Positions 34,328-42,945 of a stretch of DNA of 59,966 bases are shown one piece after another (within the stretch, counting starts at the first letter, position 1; each line of letters starts with the position of its first letter). The DNA lies in NCBI GenBank assembly GCA_041665985.1, contig JBAYHV010000001.1:1-59966 (forward strand), in the 5' to 3' direction. The notes under the pieces are model-generated. The model made no database searches. It was given only the letters and a program-made list of their open reading frames with translations, and had not been told where the DNA came from. The DNA is from Minisyncoccota bacterium. Its GTDB lineage: Bacteria; Patescibacteriota; Minisyncoccia; Phycocordibacterales; CAIRYW01. The position numbers and the translations under genes are program-made.

Positions 34328-35707
34328 ATGAAAATAATCCAAGGTGGGATGGGTGTTGGTGTTTCTGGCTGGCAACTTGCGAAAGCGGTTTGTTTGGCTG
34401 GATGCGTTGGCACACTGTCAGGTACAGCAGCACCAGAATTACTGGTGAATGCTCTAATCAAGGGTGACATCGGCGGACATTTTCGCCGAGCACTTAAATC
34501 CTTTCCTTTTCCCAATATTTCGGAAGAAGTTCTTGCAGAGTATTTTGTGGAGGAGGGAATACAAACTGGAAAAAAACATGCGGTGCCGATGTTTGGTTTG
34601 AACTCATCGAGAGGGCTCATTGCTCTCACGATATGTGCGAACTTTGCGTTGGTGTATTTGGCCAAGGAGGGTCACAACCAAACCGTATTCATCAATTATC
34701 TGGAGAAAATTCAGATACCTCACATTTACAGTATTGTGGGGGCGATGCTCGCAGGAGTAGATGGCATCGTAATGGGTGCGGGAATTCCCCATCAAGTACC
34801 AAAGATCATTGACGCAATTTTGGCGGGTGCAAAATTGGAATACATACTTGATGTCACAGGAGGAAGTGCAGAGAACCCAGTGAAAATAGAATTCGATCCA
34901 GTTGCATTTTTGGGAGGATCACTTTCTTGCACACGTCCAAAATTCTATCCAATCGTTTCGTCTTATGTGCTCGCTGCACGTCTTGCGAAAAATTGTGATG
35001 GATTCATTGTTGAGTCGCCGACAGCCGGTGGTCACAATGCTCCTCCAAGAAAAGGAAAAGATGCAGTGTATAGTCCTGAGGGTATTCCTCTCTACGGTCC
35101 GAAAGATAATGTGGACTGGGAAAAAATGAGAGGACTCGGTAAACCTTTTTGGATCGCAGGTAGCATGGCTTCACCAGAAGCTCTTCAGTTTGCTCTTGCA
35201 CAAGGTGCGGAAGGAATTCAGGCAGGCACGATCTTTGCGTTTTGTGTGGAGTCGGGTATTGCAAAGATTTTCAAAAGGGAAGTTTGTCGGAGAGTTTTCT
35301 TCGGAGAACCTCTTGTAGTTAGGACAGATTTCGATGCCTCGCCAACTGGATTTCCTTTCAAAGTAGTGTGCTTGTCCGGTACGCTCTCGGAAGAAAGTGT
35401 TTACGAGAGTCGTTGCCGTGTTTGCGACAAAGGATATCTGCGCGAACTTTATGTTCGGGACGATGGAAAAATAGGTTTTCGTTGTCCTGCTGAGCCTGTG
35501 TCTGAGTATTTGCGAAAAGGCGGAAAGCTGGAGGACACTGAGAAAAAAGTCTGTTTGTGCAACGGGCTTTTAGCTACTGTTGGACTCGGGTCCGACAAAT
35601 TAGCAATTCTTACTTCCGGTGATGACTTGAGTTCTCTTTCGAAACTTCTGAAGCACGAGGGGGATTTATACACCGCAGAGGACGCCATTAAGTACCTACT
35701 ATCCTAA
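34328..35707 (+). CDS. Nitronate monooxygenase / FabK-like FMN-dependent oxidoreductase family
   Basis: IIQGGMGVGVS, GAGIP and ESPTAGGH motifs. Markedly GC-richer than the surrounding genes. Confidence 0.75.
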   Translation: MKIIQGGMGVGVSGWQLAKAVCLAGCVGTLSGTAAPELLVNALIKGDIGGHFRRALKSFPFPNISEEVLAEYFVEEGIQTGKKHAVPMFGLNSSRGLIALTICANFALVYLAKEGHNQTVFINYLEKIQIPHIYSIVGAMLAGVDGIVMGAGIPHQVPKIIDAILAGAKLEYILDVTGGSAENPVKIEFDPVAFLGGSLSCTRPKFYPIVSSYVLAARLAKNCDGFIVESPTAGGHNAPPRKGKDAVYSPEGIPLYGPKDNVDWEKMRGLGKPFWIAGSMASPEALQFALAQGAEGIQAGTIFAFCVESGIAKIFKREVCRRVFFGEPLVVRTDFDASPTGFPFKVVCLSGTLSEESVYESRCRVCDKGYLRELYVRDDGKIGFRCPAEPVSEYLRKGGKLEDTEKKVCLCNGLLATVGLGSDKLAILTSGDDLSSLSKLLKHEGDLYTAEDAIKYLLS

Positions 35708-35713
35708 ACAACC

Positions 35714-35746
35714 GCACGTGAAATAAAAACTCACGTGCATTTTTTT
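35714..35746 (+). terminator. Rho-independent terminator
   Basis: gcacgtga/tcacgtgc stem plus a T-run. It overlaps the GTG start proposed by the ORF track at 35735. Confidence 0.7.
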
Positions 35747-35782
35747 ATGGACATCTTATTTTACAAAGGCTACAATTATTTT

Positions 35783-36556
35783 ATGGAAGGCCTAGAAAAT
35801 TCATGGTTCGAAACAAAATTTGTTAATCCTCGCACCGTAGAAGGTGAGCCTCAAACCGAGCGTATTGAATATGCAAAAGAATTTTTTGAAACATTAGGTA
35901 ACGAAGATATTCGTTTTAGTGGAGCCTCTCTTGTAGGATCCACTATGAAGGGAGTTGGCTATGATGAATCTTCCGATATTGACGCTGCAATTTTTTATAA
36001 TGAAAAACCCAAAAAAGAGCTTCTCCCAGAACGAGAATTTTTTGGAATAAAGCATCCAGCTGAAAAAGCTCTTGTTTATTCATTTGAAGATGATTTTTTA
36101 AAATTTAAAATGAAATTTGAAAAAAATAAAATAGATGAAGGAAAAAAAATTTTTGAAATTGATAGCAGGCCAGCAATGATGGATCTGGGATTTTATTTTA
36201 AAAAATCTTTTTTTGGAAAAACAAAGATTGATCCAGAAGATATGTCCGGAATAGCACAGATGTTTTATGAACTTTCATATTCAATTATTGAAACAAATAA
36301 TCCTAAGGCAATAATGCCTATCAGTAATGTTGTCGAGGCTATGAGAAAAGTAGTTGCTGATGCAGATAATGAAATGATGGCAACTATTATTGGAAATATT
36401 TTTAGTTTTGCAACTCCTTTTATTAATACTGAATACAATAAATATTCTATGCGAGTCACTGATCCAGTAAATAAGGAGGTATACGTAAACTCACGATTAA
36501 ATATGTTAAAACAAACACTTCAAAATAAATTCGGATTATCTTTAAGGAAAGACTAA
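35783..36556 (+). CDS. Hypothetical protein with a Pol-beta-like nucleotidyltransferase motif
   Basis: VGSTMKGVGYDESSDIDAAIF fits G[GS]-x(9-13)-DxD. ATG 35783 is preferred (TACAAT 6 nt upstream); 35747 is also possible. Confidence 0.55.
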   Translation: MEGLENSWFETKFVNPRTVEGEPQTERIEYAKEFFETLGNEDIRFSGASLVGSTMKGVGYDESSDIDAAIFYNEKPKKELLPEREFFGIKHPAEKALVYSFEDDFLKFKMKFEKNKIDEGKKIFEIDSRPAMMDLGFYFKKSFFGKTKIDPEDMSGIAQMFYELSYSIIETNNPKAIMPISNVVEAMRKVVADADNEMMATIIGNIFSFATPFINTEYNKYSMRVTDPVNKEVYVNSRLNMLKQTLQNKFGLSLRKD

Positions 36557-36604
36557 TTTTTTCATCTTCACCATTTTACTAAATTTGTATGTTAAAATTT
36601 AAAA

Positions 36605-37498
36605 ATGAAAGCATTTCTTCAAGCAATTTTTACAATAAAAAACTTACTAAAAACTTTTGGCGTATTAATTGTAATTGGATCTATTGTTGGATATGAAGAA
36701 TACAGAAACTATCAACTTTCAAGCCAATTAAAAGTAACTGAAGCAAATCTCCAGGCTAAAATAAGTGAGACTCAAAATGTTTTGGCGCAGATCCTAACTC
36801 AAAACTCATCATTAAATACTGCTGTTCAAAATGTTCAAAGTAGTGGCGAGGCGTATTCTGCCCAAGCAGGACAAATTTCTAATGTGGCTAGTACTTTGTA
36901 CAGATTGAGTAAAACTGATCCAAAGCTTTTAGAAAAATATTCAAAGGTATATTTTTTAAACGAAAATTATAAACCAGCATCTTTAACAAATATTGATCTG
37001 AACTTTCTTTACAACAAAGACAGCAACCTTCAGATAAATACCCAGATTTCTTCATATCTTGCAACTTTTCTCAAAGCTACTCAAAATGCTGGACTTAATT
37101 TGAAAATTATTTCCGCTTACAGATCATTTGGAACACAAGCCATACTTAAATCAAGTTACAAAATGACCTATGGAGCAGGAACGGCAAATAGTTTTTCTGC
37201 CGATCAAGGATATTCGGAGCATCAATTAGGTACGGCTTTAGATTTTACAACAGTAGCTGTTGGAGACACTTTTTCTAGCTTTGATAAAACACCAGAATAT
37301 ACATGGCTTACAAATAATGCCTATTTATATGGTTTTATTCTTTCTTATCCTGCTAATAATAAATATTATGTTTATGAACCTTGGCACTGGAGATTTGTTG
37401 GCGTTGATCTTGCAACAAAACTACATAGAGATGGCATCAATTTTTATGAACTAGATCAAAACATAATAAATGATTACCTAAGTGTAATGTTTGATTAA
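36605..37498 (+). CDS. M15-family D-alanyl-D-alanine carboxypeptidase (VanY-like)
   Basis: N-terminal TM helix. SAYRSF..Q, SEHQLGTALDF and EPWHWRF metal-site motifs. Confidence 0.8.
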   Translation: MKAFLQAIFTIKNLLKTFGVLIVIGSIVGYEEYRNYQLSSQLKVTEANLQAKISETQNVLAQILTQNSSLNTAVQNVQSSGEAYSAQAGQISNVASTLYRLSKTDPKLLEKYSKVYFLNENYKPASLTNIDLNFLYNKDSNLQINTQISSYLATFLKATQNAGLNLKIISAYRSFGTQAILKSSYKMTYGAGTANSFSADQGYSEHQLGTALDFTTVAVGDTFSSFDKTPEYTWLTNNAYLYGFILSYPANNKYYVYEPWHWRFVGVDLATKLHRDGINFYELDQNIINDYLSVMFD

Positions 37499-37778
37499 AT
37501 TTATGAGCGAATTAGAAGAAATTAAAAAAGAACTGCAAATTATTAAAGAGCGGAACAATCGTGTTGAGGTTGATAAAACTTGGGAAACAAGTTTTTCTCG
37601 TAAAATTTTAATTTCAATTTTAACCTACACAGTAATCGTCATTTTTCTTTTTATTAATGATTTCCCGAAGCCATTTTTAAATCCAATTGTTCCAACAATT
37701 GGATTTATTCTTTCAACACTCACCGTTCCTTTTTTCAAAAAAATTTGGGTAAATAAAATTTTAAAAAATTCTAAATGA
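37491..37778 (+). CDS. Hypothetical small membrane protein
   Basis: 95-aa ORF with a coiled N-terminus and two TM helices. Overlaps its neighbours by a few nt (operon-like). Confidence 0.5.
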   Translation: MIKFMSELEEIKKELQIIKERNNRVEVDKTWETSFSRKILISILTYTVIVIFLFINDFPKPFLNPIVPTIGFILSTLTVPFFKKIWVNKILKNSK

Positions 37779-38266
37779 TAAGATGGTTTAGAATCGTTAG
37801 AAGAAAAGTGCGAAGAAAAACTAGCGCTCAAAGTAAAAAGAGCAAGGTTGCTTTGGCGTTGCATAAAGATGCAGCGAAAGCCCTTGTACTTTCTCGACTT
37901 GAATATTTCAGCCAATTCTATTCCGACGAGCGAGAGACGGCGCAAGAAACGAGTAATACGAAGTTTCTTATGACGTCCGAGCGAAGTCGGAACAAGAGGT
38001 TTAATACCTCTTACAATTTCACTTATAATTCAGTTAAAATAAAATCAACAAAAACAAGATGGGGAAGTTGTTCTAGTAAAGGAAACCTAAATTTTAGTTA
38101 TAAAATTGCTTTGTTACCCGAACACCTTGCTGACTATCTTGTGGTCCACGAGCTTTGCCACTTAGGAGAATTCAATCACTCCGAAAACTTTTGGAATTTA
38201 GTAGAAAAAACAATTCCTGATTTTGCACAAAGGAGACATGAGTTAAAAAAAATAAAACTGGACTAA
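37775..38266 (+). CDS. YgjP/DUF45-family (M48-like) metal-dependent hydrolase
   Basis: KTRWGSCSSKGNLNFS, DYLVVHELCHL.E.NHS..FW (HExxH). Carries an in-frame copy of the ~80-nt repeat. Confidence 0.8.
   Translation: MIRWFRIVRRKVRRKTSAQSKKSKVALALHKDAAKALVLSRLEYFSQFYSDERETAQETSNTKFLMTSERSRNKRFNTSYNFTYNSVKIKSTKTRWGSCSSKGNLNFSYKIALLPEHLADYLVVHELCHLGEFNHSENFWNLVEKTIPDFAQRRHELKKIKLD
37932..38013 (+). repeat. ~80-nt dispersed repeat, intragenic in-frame copy
   Basis: gagagacggcgcaagaaacgag...tccgagcgaagtcggaacaagaggtttaatacctctta. Translated as ...ERETAQETSNTKFLMTSERSRNKRFNTS... Confidence 0.6.
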
Positions 38267-38305
38267 ACTTAGTGTGCAGATGAAAAAACATGTTAAAATA
38301 TTTTA

Positions 38306-38491
38306 GTGTCAACAAATGATAAATTGATCGGACTAGTAGCAATAATGGTCATTATAATTACTTTCGGATGGTGTGCTAAACTTTTATTAGGAACACCATT
38401 TGCAAAACAGGTTGAGATAGGAACACAGGTCATCAAATCTGGTGTCTCCCCAGCGAACAAGGATTTATTACAACAAAATGGAAATTATTAG
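38306..38491 (+). CDS. Hypothetical single-TM small protein
   Basis: 61-aa ORF (GTG start) with LIGLVAIMVIIITFGW. A similar 27-codon TM mini-ORF follows at about 38509-38592. Confidence 0.35.
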   Translation: MSTNDKLIGLVAIMVIIITFGWCAKLLLGTPFAKQVEIGTQVIKSGVSPANKDLLQQNGNY

Positions 38492-38600
38492 ATAATATTA
38501 TAAGCACATGGATACGAAACAACTTAAAGTAACAGGTCTACTAATTATTATTGTGGCGTCATTTGGTTGGATACTTAAGCTCATTCTTTAATCTAACCTC

Positions 38601-39077
38601 ATGGCAGAAGAATTCACAGAGGGAGATGCTTATTCCTGGCAAAATGAAGGTCAAACACCAGAGGAAAAAACAGCTTTTGTTCTCAAAGAACTTGAGGAGT
38701 TTAATAGTGTCTCAGAACCTCACAAAGAAGATCTTGATCGAGCATATGACAAGGCCAATTTTTGGGCACTTCATATATCCGATTACGCAAAGGCTGATGG
38801 CGACAAAAAACTAATTCAGGAGGCCTTAATAAAAACAAAGGCCAAAATTGCAAAGCATTATTTGACTGATTTCAAATACATGGAGAACCTAGAAGTGAGC
38901 GATTTTGAGAGGATCTACAATCTAATAAAATTCTTAAATTTAAAGAATAATATGGATTTTCTACTCAAATCATCTGATCCAGAATCACAAAAGAAGCAAA
39001 AAGAGGCTTTACTCGGCAAAATTGATGAGATTTTAGGTGCAATAGCCGCGAATTACCCCGAAATATTAGAATCTTAG
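38601..39077 (+). CDS. Hypothetical acidic protein
   Basis: 158-aa ORF, preferred over the overlapping 38551-38814 frame on composition. Confidence 0.55.
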   Translation: MAEEFTEGDAYSWQNEGQTPEEKTAFVLKELEEFNSVSEPHKEDLDRAYDKANFWALHISDYAKADGDKKLIQEALIKTKAKIAKHYLTDFKYMENLEVSDFERIYNLIKFLNLKNNMDFLLKSSDPESQKKQKEALLGKIDEILGAIAANYPEILES

Positions 39078-39221
39078 CAATCTATGCCCTTTTCGAGGCT
39101 ATTTTCTTAGGGATCAGCTTTGTTTTTAAGGCTTTTTATGATACTCTTTTGCTTATAATTACAGGCTTTAATGCTTTTAATTTAAAATTCTTATTAAATA
39201 TTTATCAATAATTAAAGACTT

Positions 39222-41216
39222 ATGAACGCATATATCATATTTTCTATAGTAGCAGCGGTAATTGCTATCGCTTACGGACTTTTTATAAGCAAGCTTATTT
39301 TGAAAAAACCAGCAGGAAATGCTCGAATGCAAGAGATTGCAACAGCTATTCAGCAAGGTGCCAAGGCTTATTTGAACAGACAATATAAGACAATTGCGAT
39401 CATTGCAGTTGTTTTGTTTGTTGTTTTATGGGTGGCTCTTGGATATGTTACTGCTTTTGGTTTTGCAGTTGGAGCACTTTTTTCTGCCCTAGCAGGATAT
39501 GTTGGAATGAACGTTTCTGTTAGAGCAAACGTTCGAACAGCAGAAGCTGCAAGAAAAGGCTTGGCTCAAGCATTAAAGATCGCTTTTGACGGAGGTTCAG
39601 TTACCGGACTTCTTGTAGTTGGTCTTGCACTTCTAGGTGTTACTGGTTTTTATGCAATTTTCCATGATGTAAATGCTCTTATTGGCCTTGCATTTGGAGC
39701 CAGTCTTATTTCTGTGTTTGCTCGTCTTGGAGGAGGGATCTTCACAAAAGCAGCAGACGTAGGAACAGACCTTGTAGGAAAAGTTGAGGCAGGAATTCCA
39801 GAAGATGATCCAAGAAACCCAGGAGTTATTGCTGATAACGTTGGAGACAACGTTGGAGATTGCGCCGGAATGGCAGCTGACCTTTTTGAAACATATGCAG
39901 TTACAACAATTGCCGTTATGATCCTTGGCGCTTCAATTTTTAGTGGAGATCAAAATGCTCTTCTGTATCCATTAGTTATTGGAGGAGTTGCTGTAATCGC
40001 ATCAATCATCGGAACTTGGTTTGTGAGACTTGGAAAATCAAAAGATATTATGAACGCTTTGTACAAAGGATTAATTGCATCAGGAGTTCTTTCTGCAATT
40101 GCATTTTATCCAGTTACAAAATTATTAATGTCAGATAACGGAGTTTATTCTTTTGCACAATTATTTGGATCACTTATTGTTGGACTTGTTGTCACAGCAT
40201 TGATCGTTGTTATCACAGAATATTACACATCAACAAAATATGCTCCAGTAAAATCAATTGCCTCCGCATCACTTTCTGGACACGGAACAAACATTATTCA
40301 AGGACTTGCTATCTCAATGAAATCAACAGCACTTCCTTTACTTGCAATTGTTGCAGGAATTTTGGTGAGTTATTCATTTGCACAATTGTACGGAATTGCT
40401 ATCGCTGCAATGAGTATGCTTTCAATGGCAGCGATCGTTGTTGCAATTGATGCTTACGGACCAATTACAGATAACGCAGGAGGAATTGCAGAAATGGCAG
40501 AGCTTCCAAAAGAAGTTCGTGATATTACAGATCCTCTAGATGCAGTTGGAAACACAACAAAAGCAGTTACAAAAGGTTATGCAATTGCTTCAGCCGGACT
40601 TGCAGCTCTTGTACTTTTTGCTTCATACACAACAGAAGCTCAAAAAGGATTGCATGCAATTGGATTTTCACTTAACGATCCAAAAGTTATCGTAGGATTA
40701 TTCCTAGGAGGATTACTTCCATATTATTTCGCAGCGCTTTCAATGGAAGCTGTAGGAAAAGCTGCTGGAAAAGTTGTTGACGAAGTTCGAAGACAATTTA
40801 GGGAAATTAAAGGAATCATGGATGGAAGCGCAAAACCAGATTACGCACGAGCAGTAGATATTGTTACAACAGCAGCTATCAAAGAAATGATCGTTCCTGC
40901 ACTTATTCCAGTTATCGTTCCTATCTTTGTAGGATTCGTTCTTGGACCAGTTGCACTTGGAGGACTTCTTGTTGGAAGTATTGTAACAGGACTATTCGTT
41001 GCTATCTCAATGACATCAGGTGGTGGAGCTTGGGACAATGCAAAGAAACTTATTGAAGAAGGACATCACGGAGGAAAAGGAAGCGATGCTCACAAAGCAG
41101 CAGTTACAGGAGATACAGTTGGAGATCCATACAAGGACACAGCAGGACCTGCGATCAACCCAATGATTAAGATTCTAAACATCGTAGCTCTTCTGATTAT
41201 TCCGTTCATAATCTAA
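39222..41216 (+). CDS. hppA: Membrane-bound proton/sodium-translocating pyrophosphatase
   Basis: [27 protein letters not shown] and GDTVGDP.KDT signature motifs. About 16 TM helices. Confidence 0.93.
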   Translation: MNAYIIFSIVAAVIAIAYGLFISKLILKKPAGNARMQEIATAIQQGAKAYLNRQYKTIAIIAVVLFVVLWVALGYVTAFGFAVGALFSALAGYVGMNVSVRANVRTAEAARKGLAQALKIAFDGGSVTGLLVVGLALLGVTGFYAIFHDVNALIGLAFGASLISVFARLGGGIFTKAADVGTDLVGKVEAGIPEDDPRNPGVIADNVGDNVGDCAGMAADLFETYAVTTIAVMILGASIFSGDQNALLYPLVIGGVAVIASIIGTWFVRLGKSKDIMNALYKGLIASGVLSAIAFYPVTKLLMSDNGVYSFAQLFGSLIVGLVVTALIVVITEYYTSTKYAPVKSIASASLSGHGTNIIQGLAISMKSTALPLLAIVAGILVSYSFAQLYGIAIAAMSMLSMAAIVVAIDAYGPITDNAGGIAEMAELPKEVRDITDPLDAVGNTTKAVTKGYAIASAGLAALVLFASYTTEAQKGLHAIGFSLNDPKVIVGLFLGGLLPYYFAALSMEAVGKAAGKVVDEVRRQFREIKGIMDGSAKPDYARAVDIVTTAAIKEMIVPALIPVIVPIFVGFVLGPVALGGLLVGSIVTGLFVAISMTSGGGAWDNAKKLIEEGHHGGKGSDAHKAAVTGDTVGDPYKDTAGPAINPMIKILNIVALLIIPFII

Positions 41217-41225
41217 AAATCTTTT

Positions 41226-41249
41226 GTCATTCCCGCGCAGGCGGGAATC
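41226..41249 (+). repeat. REP-like palindrome gtcattcccgcgcaggcgggaatc
   Basis: Lies immediately after the hppA stop. Same family as 13319. Confidence 0.75.
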
Positions 41250-41276
41250 CAGTAAAAAAATAGAGAATCAAAAAAA

Positions 41277-41312
41277 CCCGTTCGTTCGCCTAGGCGAACG
41301 AACGGGTTTTTT
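41277..41312 (+). terminator. Strong Rho-independent terminator
   Basis: cccgttcgttcgcc/ggcgaacgaacggg stem plus T6. Confidence 0.8.
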
Positions 41313-41342
41313 GGTATAGCTTCTTGATGATATAATACGAGT

Positions 41343-42449
41343 ATGAAAACTCCTTTAAACATCCTGAAAATAACCATTTTGACCTTTGTTTTTCCTCTTT
41401 TTGCCTTTGCCTCGACAAATACAGGCTTTAGTGTGGCTTCATGGATCCCATATTGGTCGCAGGACCTTGGAATTCCAACTTTGCAGGCAAATTTAAGCAA
41501 ATTCGATATCATCACGCCTTTTGCATATGAGGTTGATAGTAAAGCGCATCTAGTAGATAAACTAAAAATTTCAAAAAATATCTGGGCTACAACTTTTGAT
41601 CAAGCACGAAACAAAAACATAAAAATAGTTCCTTCAATTCTCTGGACTGCAAAAAAACAAATGCATAATGTATTTTCTGATACCACACTGAGAATTAATC
41701 ATGAGAATGAAGTTGTAGATATGGTGACAAATAATAATTTTGACGGAGTAGAGATAGATTACGAGGGAAAGAACGATGCCGACAAAGATATTTTCTCAAC
41801 CTTTATAACAGAACTTTCAAACAAGCTTCACAGTAAAAATAAAATTTTAGTTTGTACCGTTGAAGCAAGGATGTATGATACTGCGCCTGCAAGCGTTCCT
41901 GCTAATAAAAAATTTCCTTGGGCAAACGATTGGTCTGTTATGAATAATTATTGTGATCAAGTTCGTATTATGGCTTACGATGAATATTCGGCTGTCTTTC
42001 AAAGTAATAAATTTAAAACAACAATTCCTTTATACAATTCTGTTTCAAACGCATCCATAGATTACGTTACAAAAATTTCTGCGTATGCAGTAACTAGAAT
42101 TGATCCAAAGAAAATTATTTTGGGAATTCCTTCTTATGGTTATGATTTTACATATTCTACAAAAGGAAAAACTAGATCAGTCCAAAGATTTGGAGCTAAA
42201 TCATATCTTAGAGCTGTGGCTGTTGCGGATTATTACAAAGCTGTAATAAAAGATACAGGAGGCGGTGAAAAATATTTTACTTATACGGCAAAAGGAAAAA
42301 ATCACTATGTTGTTTTTGCAGATGCAAATACGATCAATGCTAGATTTGCTTTGGCAAAAAAATTAGGCCTTGGCGGAGCCGCTTTATTTAAAATTGATGG
42401 ATTAGAGGATCCAAAAATGTGGAACAGCCTTGAATTGGCAATAAAATAG
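41343..42449 (+). CDS. Glycoside hydrolase family 18 (chitinase / YaaH-like), secreted
   Basis: Signal peptide. FDGVEIDYE catalytic DxxDxDxE motif. Confidence 0.8.
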   Translation: MKTPLNILKITILTFVFPLFAFASTNTGFSVASWIPYWSQDLGIPTLQANLSKFDIITPFAYEVDSKAHLVDKLKISKNIWATTFDQARNKNIKIVPSILWTAKKQMHNVFSDTTLRINHENEVVDMVTNNNFDGVEIDYEGKNDADKDIFSTFITELSNKLHSKNKILVCTVEARMYDTAPASVPANKKFPWANDWSVMNNYCDQVRIMAYDEYSAVFQSNKFKTTIPLYNSVSNASIDYVTKISAYAVTRIDPKKIILGIPSYGYDFTYSTKGKTRSVQRFGAKSYLRAVAVADYYKAVIKDTGGGEKYFTYTAKGKNHYVVFADANTINARFALAKKLGLGGAALFKIDGLEDPKMWNSLELAIK

Positions 42450-42464
42450 AAATTATTAATTAAA

Positions 42465-42484
42465 CCTGCCTGCCGGCAGGCAGG
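42465..42484. repeat. Perfect 20-nt GC-rich palindrome cctgcctgccggcaggcagg
   Basis: Lies after the GH18 stop. A related copy sits inside uvrC at 22925. Confidence 0.75.
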
Positions 42485-42493
42485 TAAATAAAT

Positions 42494-42721
42494 ATGTTTG
42501 ACGATAAAAAAGCATACAAAGAGCAAAAAAATATTTTGGAAAGAATTCAAAAGGATTCCTATTTGATCCGCGAACAAATTTTAGACTATTATTTTGATAG
42601 ATATCCAGACGATGAGGCAGAAGCTCTTGAATATTTACGTGGAATAAGAAATTATCTTGATGAAGCATACAAAGACATAGATTTTATTTTGAAGGATCTT
42701 GATAATAAGCTCGGATATTAA
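42494..42721 (+). CDS. Hypothetical 75-aa protein
   Basis: ORF only; no motif recognised. Confidence 0.45.
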   Translation: MFDDKKAYKEQKNILERIQKDSYLIREQILDYYFDRYPDDEAEALEYLRGIRNYLDEAYKDIDFILKDLDNKLGY

Positions 42722-42945
42722 ATTTCACCTAAAAAAACTCAATTTTACGAAAATCCCTCTGAGCTCCAGGGGAATTTTCGTAAAAAGATAGGGCTAAAAC
42801 CTTTGAGGTATAAGGGATTTCAAAAGGGTACATTCACAGCCTCCACTTTTCATTTCGGAGTGTCTTTTGCACAGTTTTTTTCTTAAAATTCTTGCTAAAA
42901 TTATTGATACAAAATAAAAAGTTATCAGCCAGTTAATTAATAAAT

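Noticed and set aside
34297-35688. Antisense ORFs 34297-34665, 34604-34795, 35004-35264 and 35449-35688, plus the same-strand alternative-frame ORF 34902-35129.
   Set aside because: All lie inside the GC-rich nitronate-monooxygenase-like gene. High GC suppresses stop codons in the other frames. No independent signals support them.
38551-38814. ORF 38551-38814 overlapping 38601-39077 in another frame.
   Set aside because: The longer acidic frame has the more protein-like composition. The 87-aa frame is K/L/I/S-rich and looks like an alternative-frame artefact.
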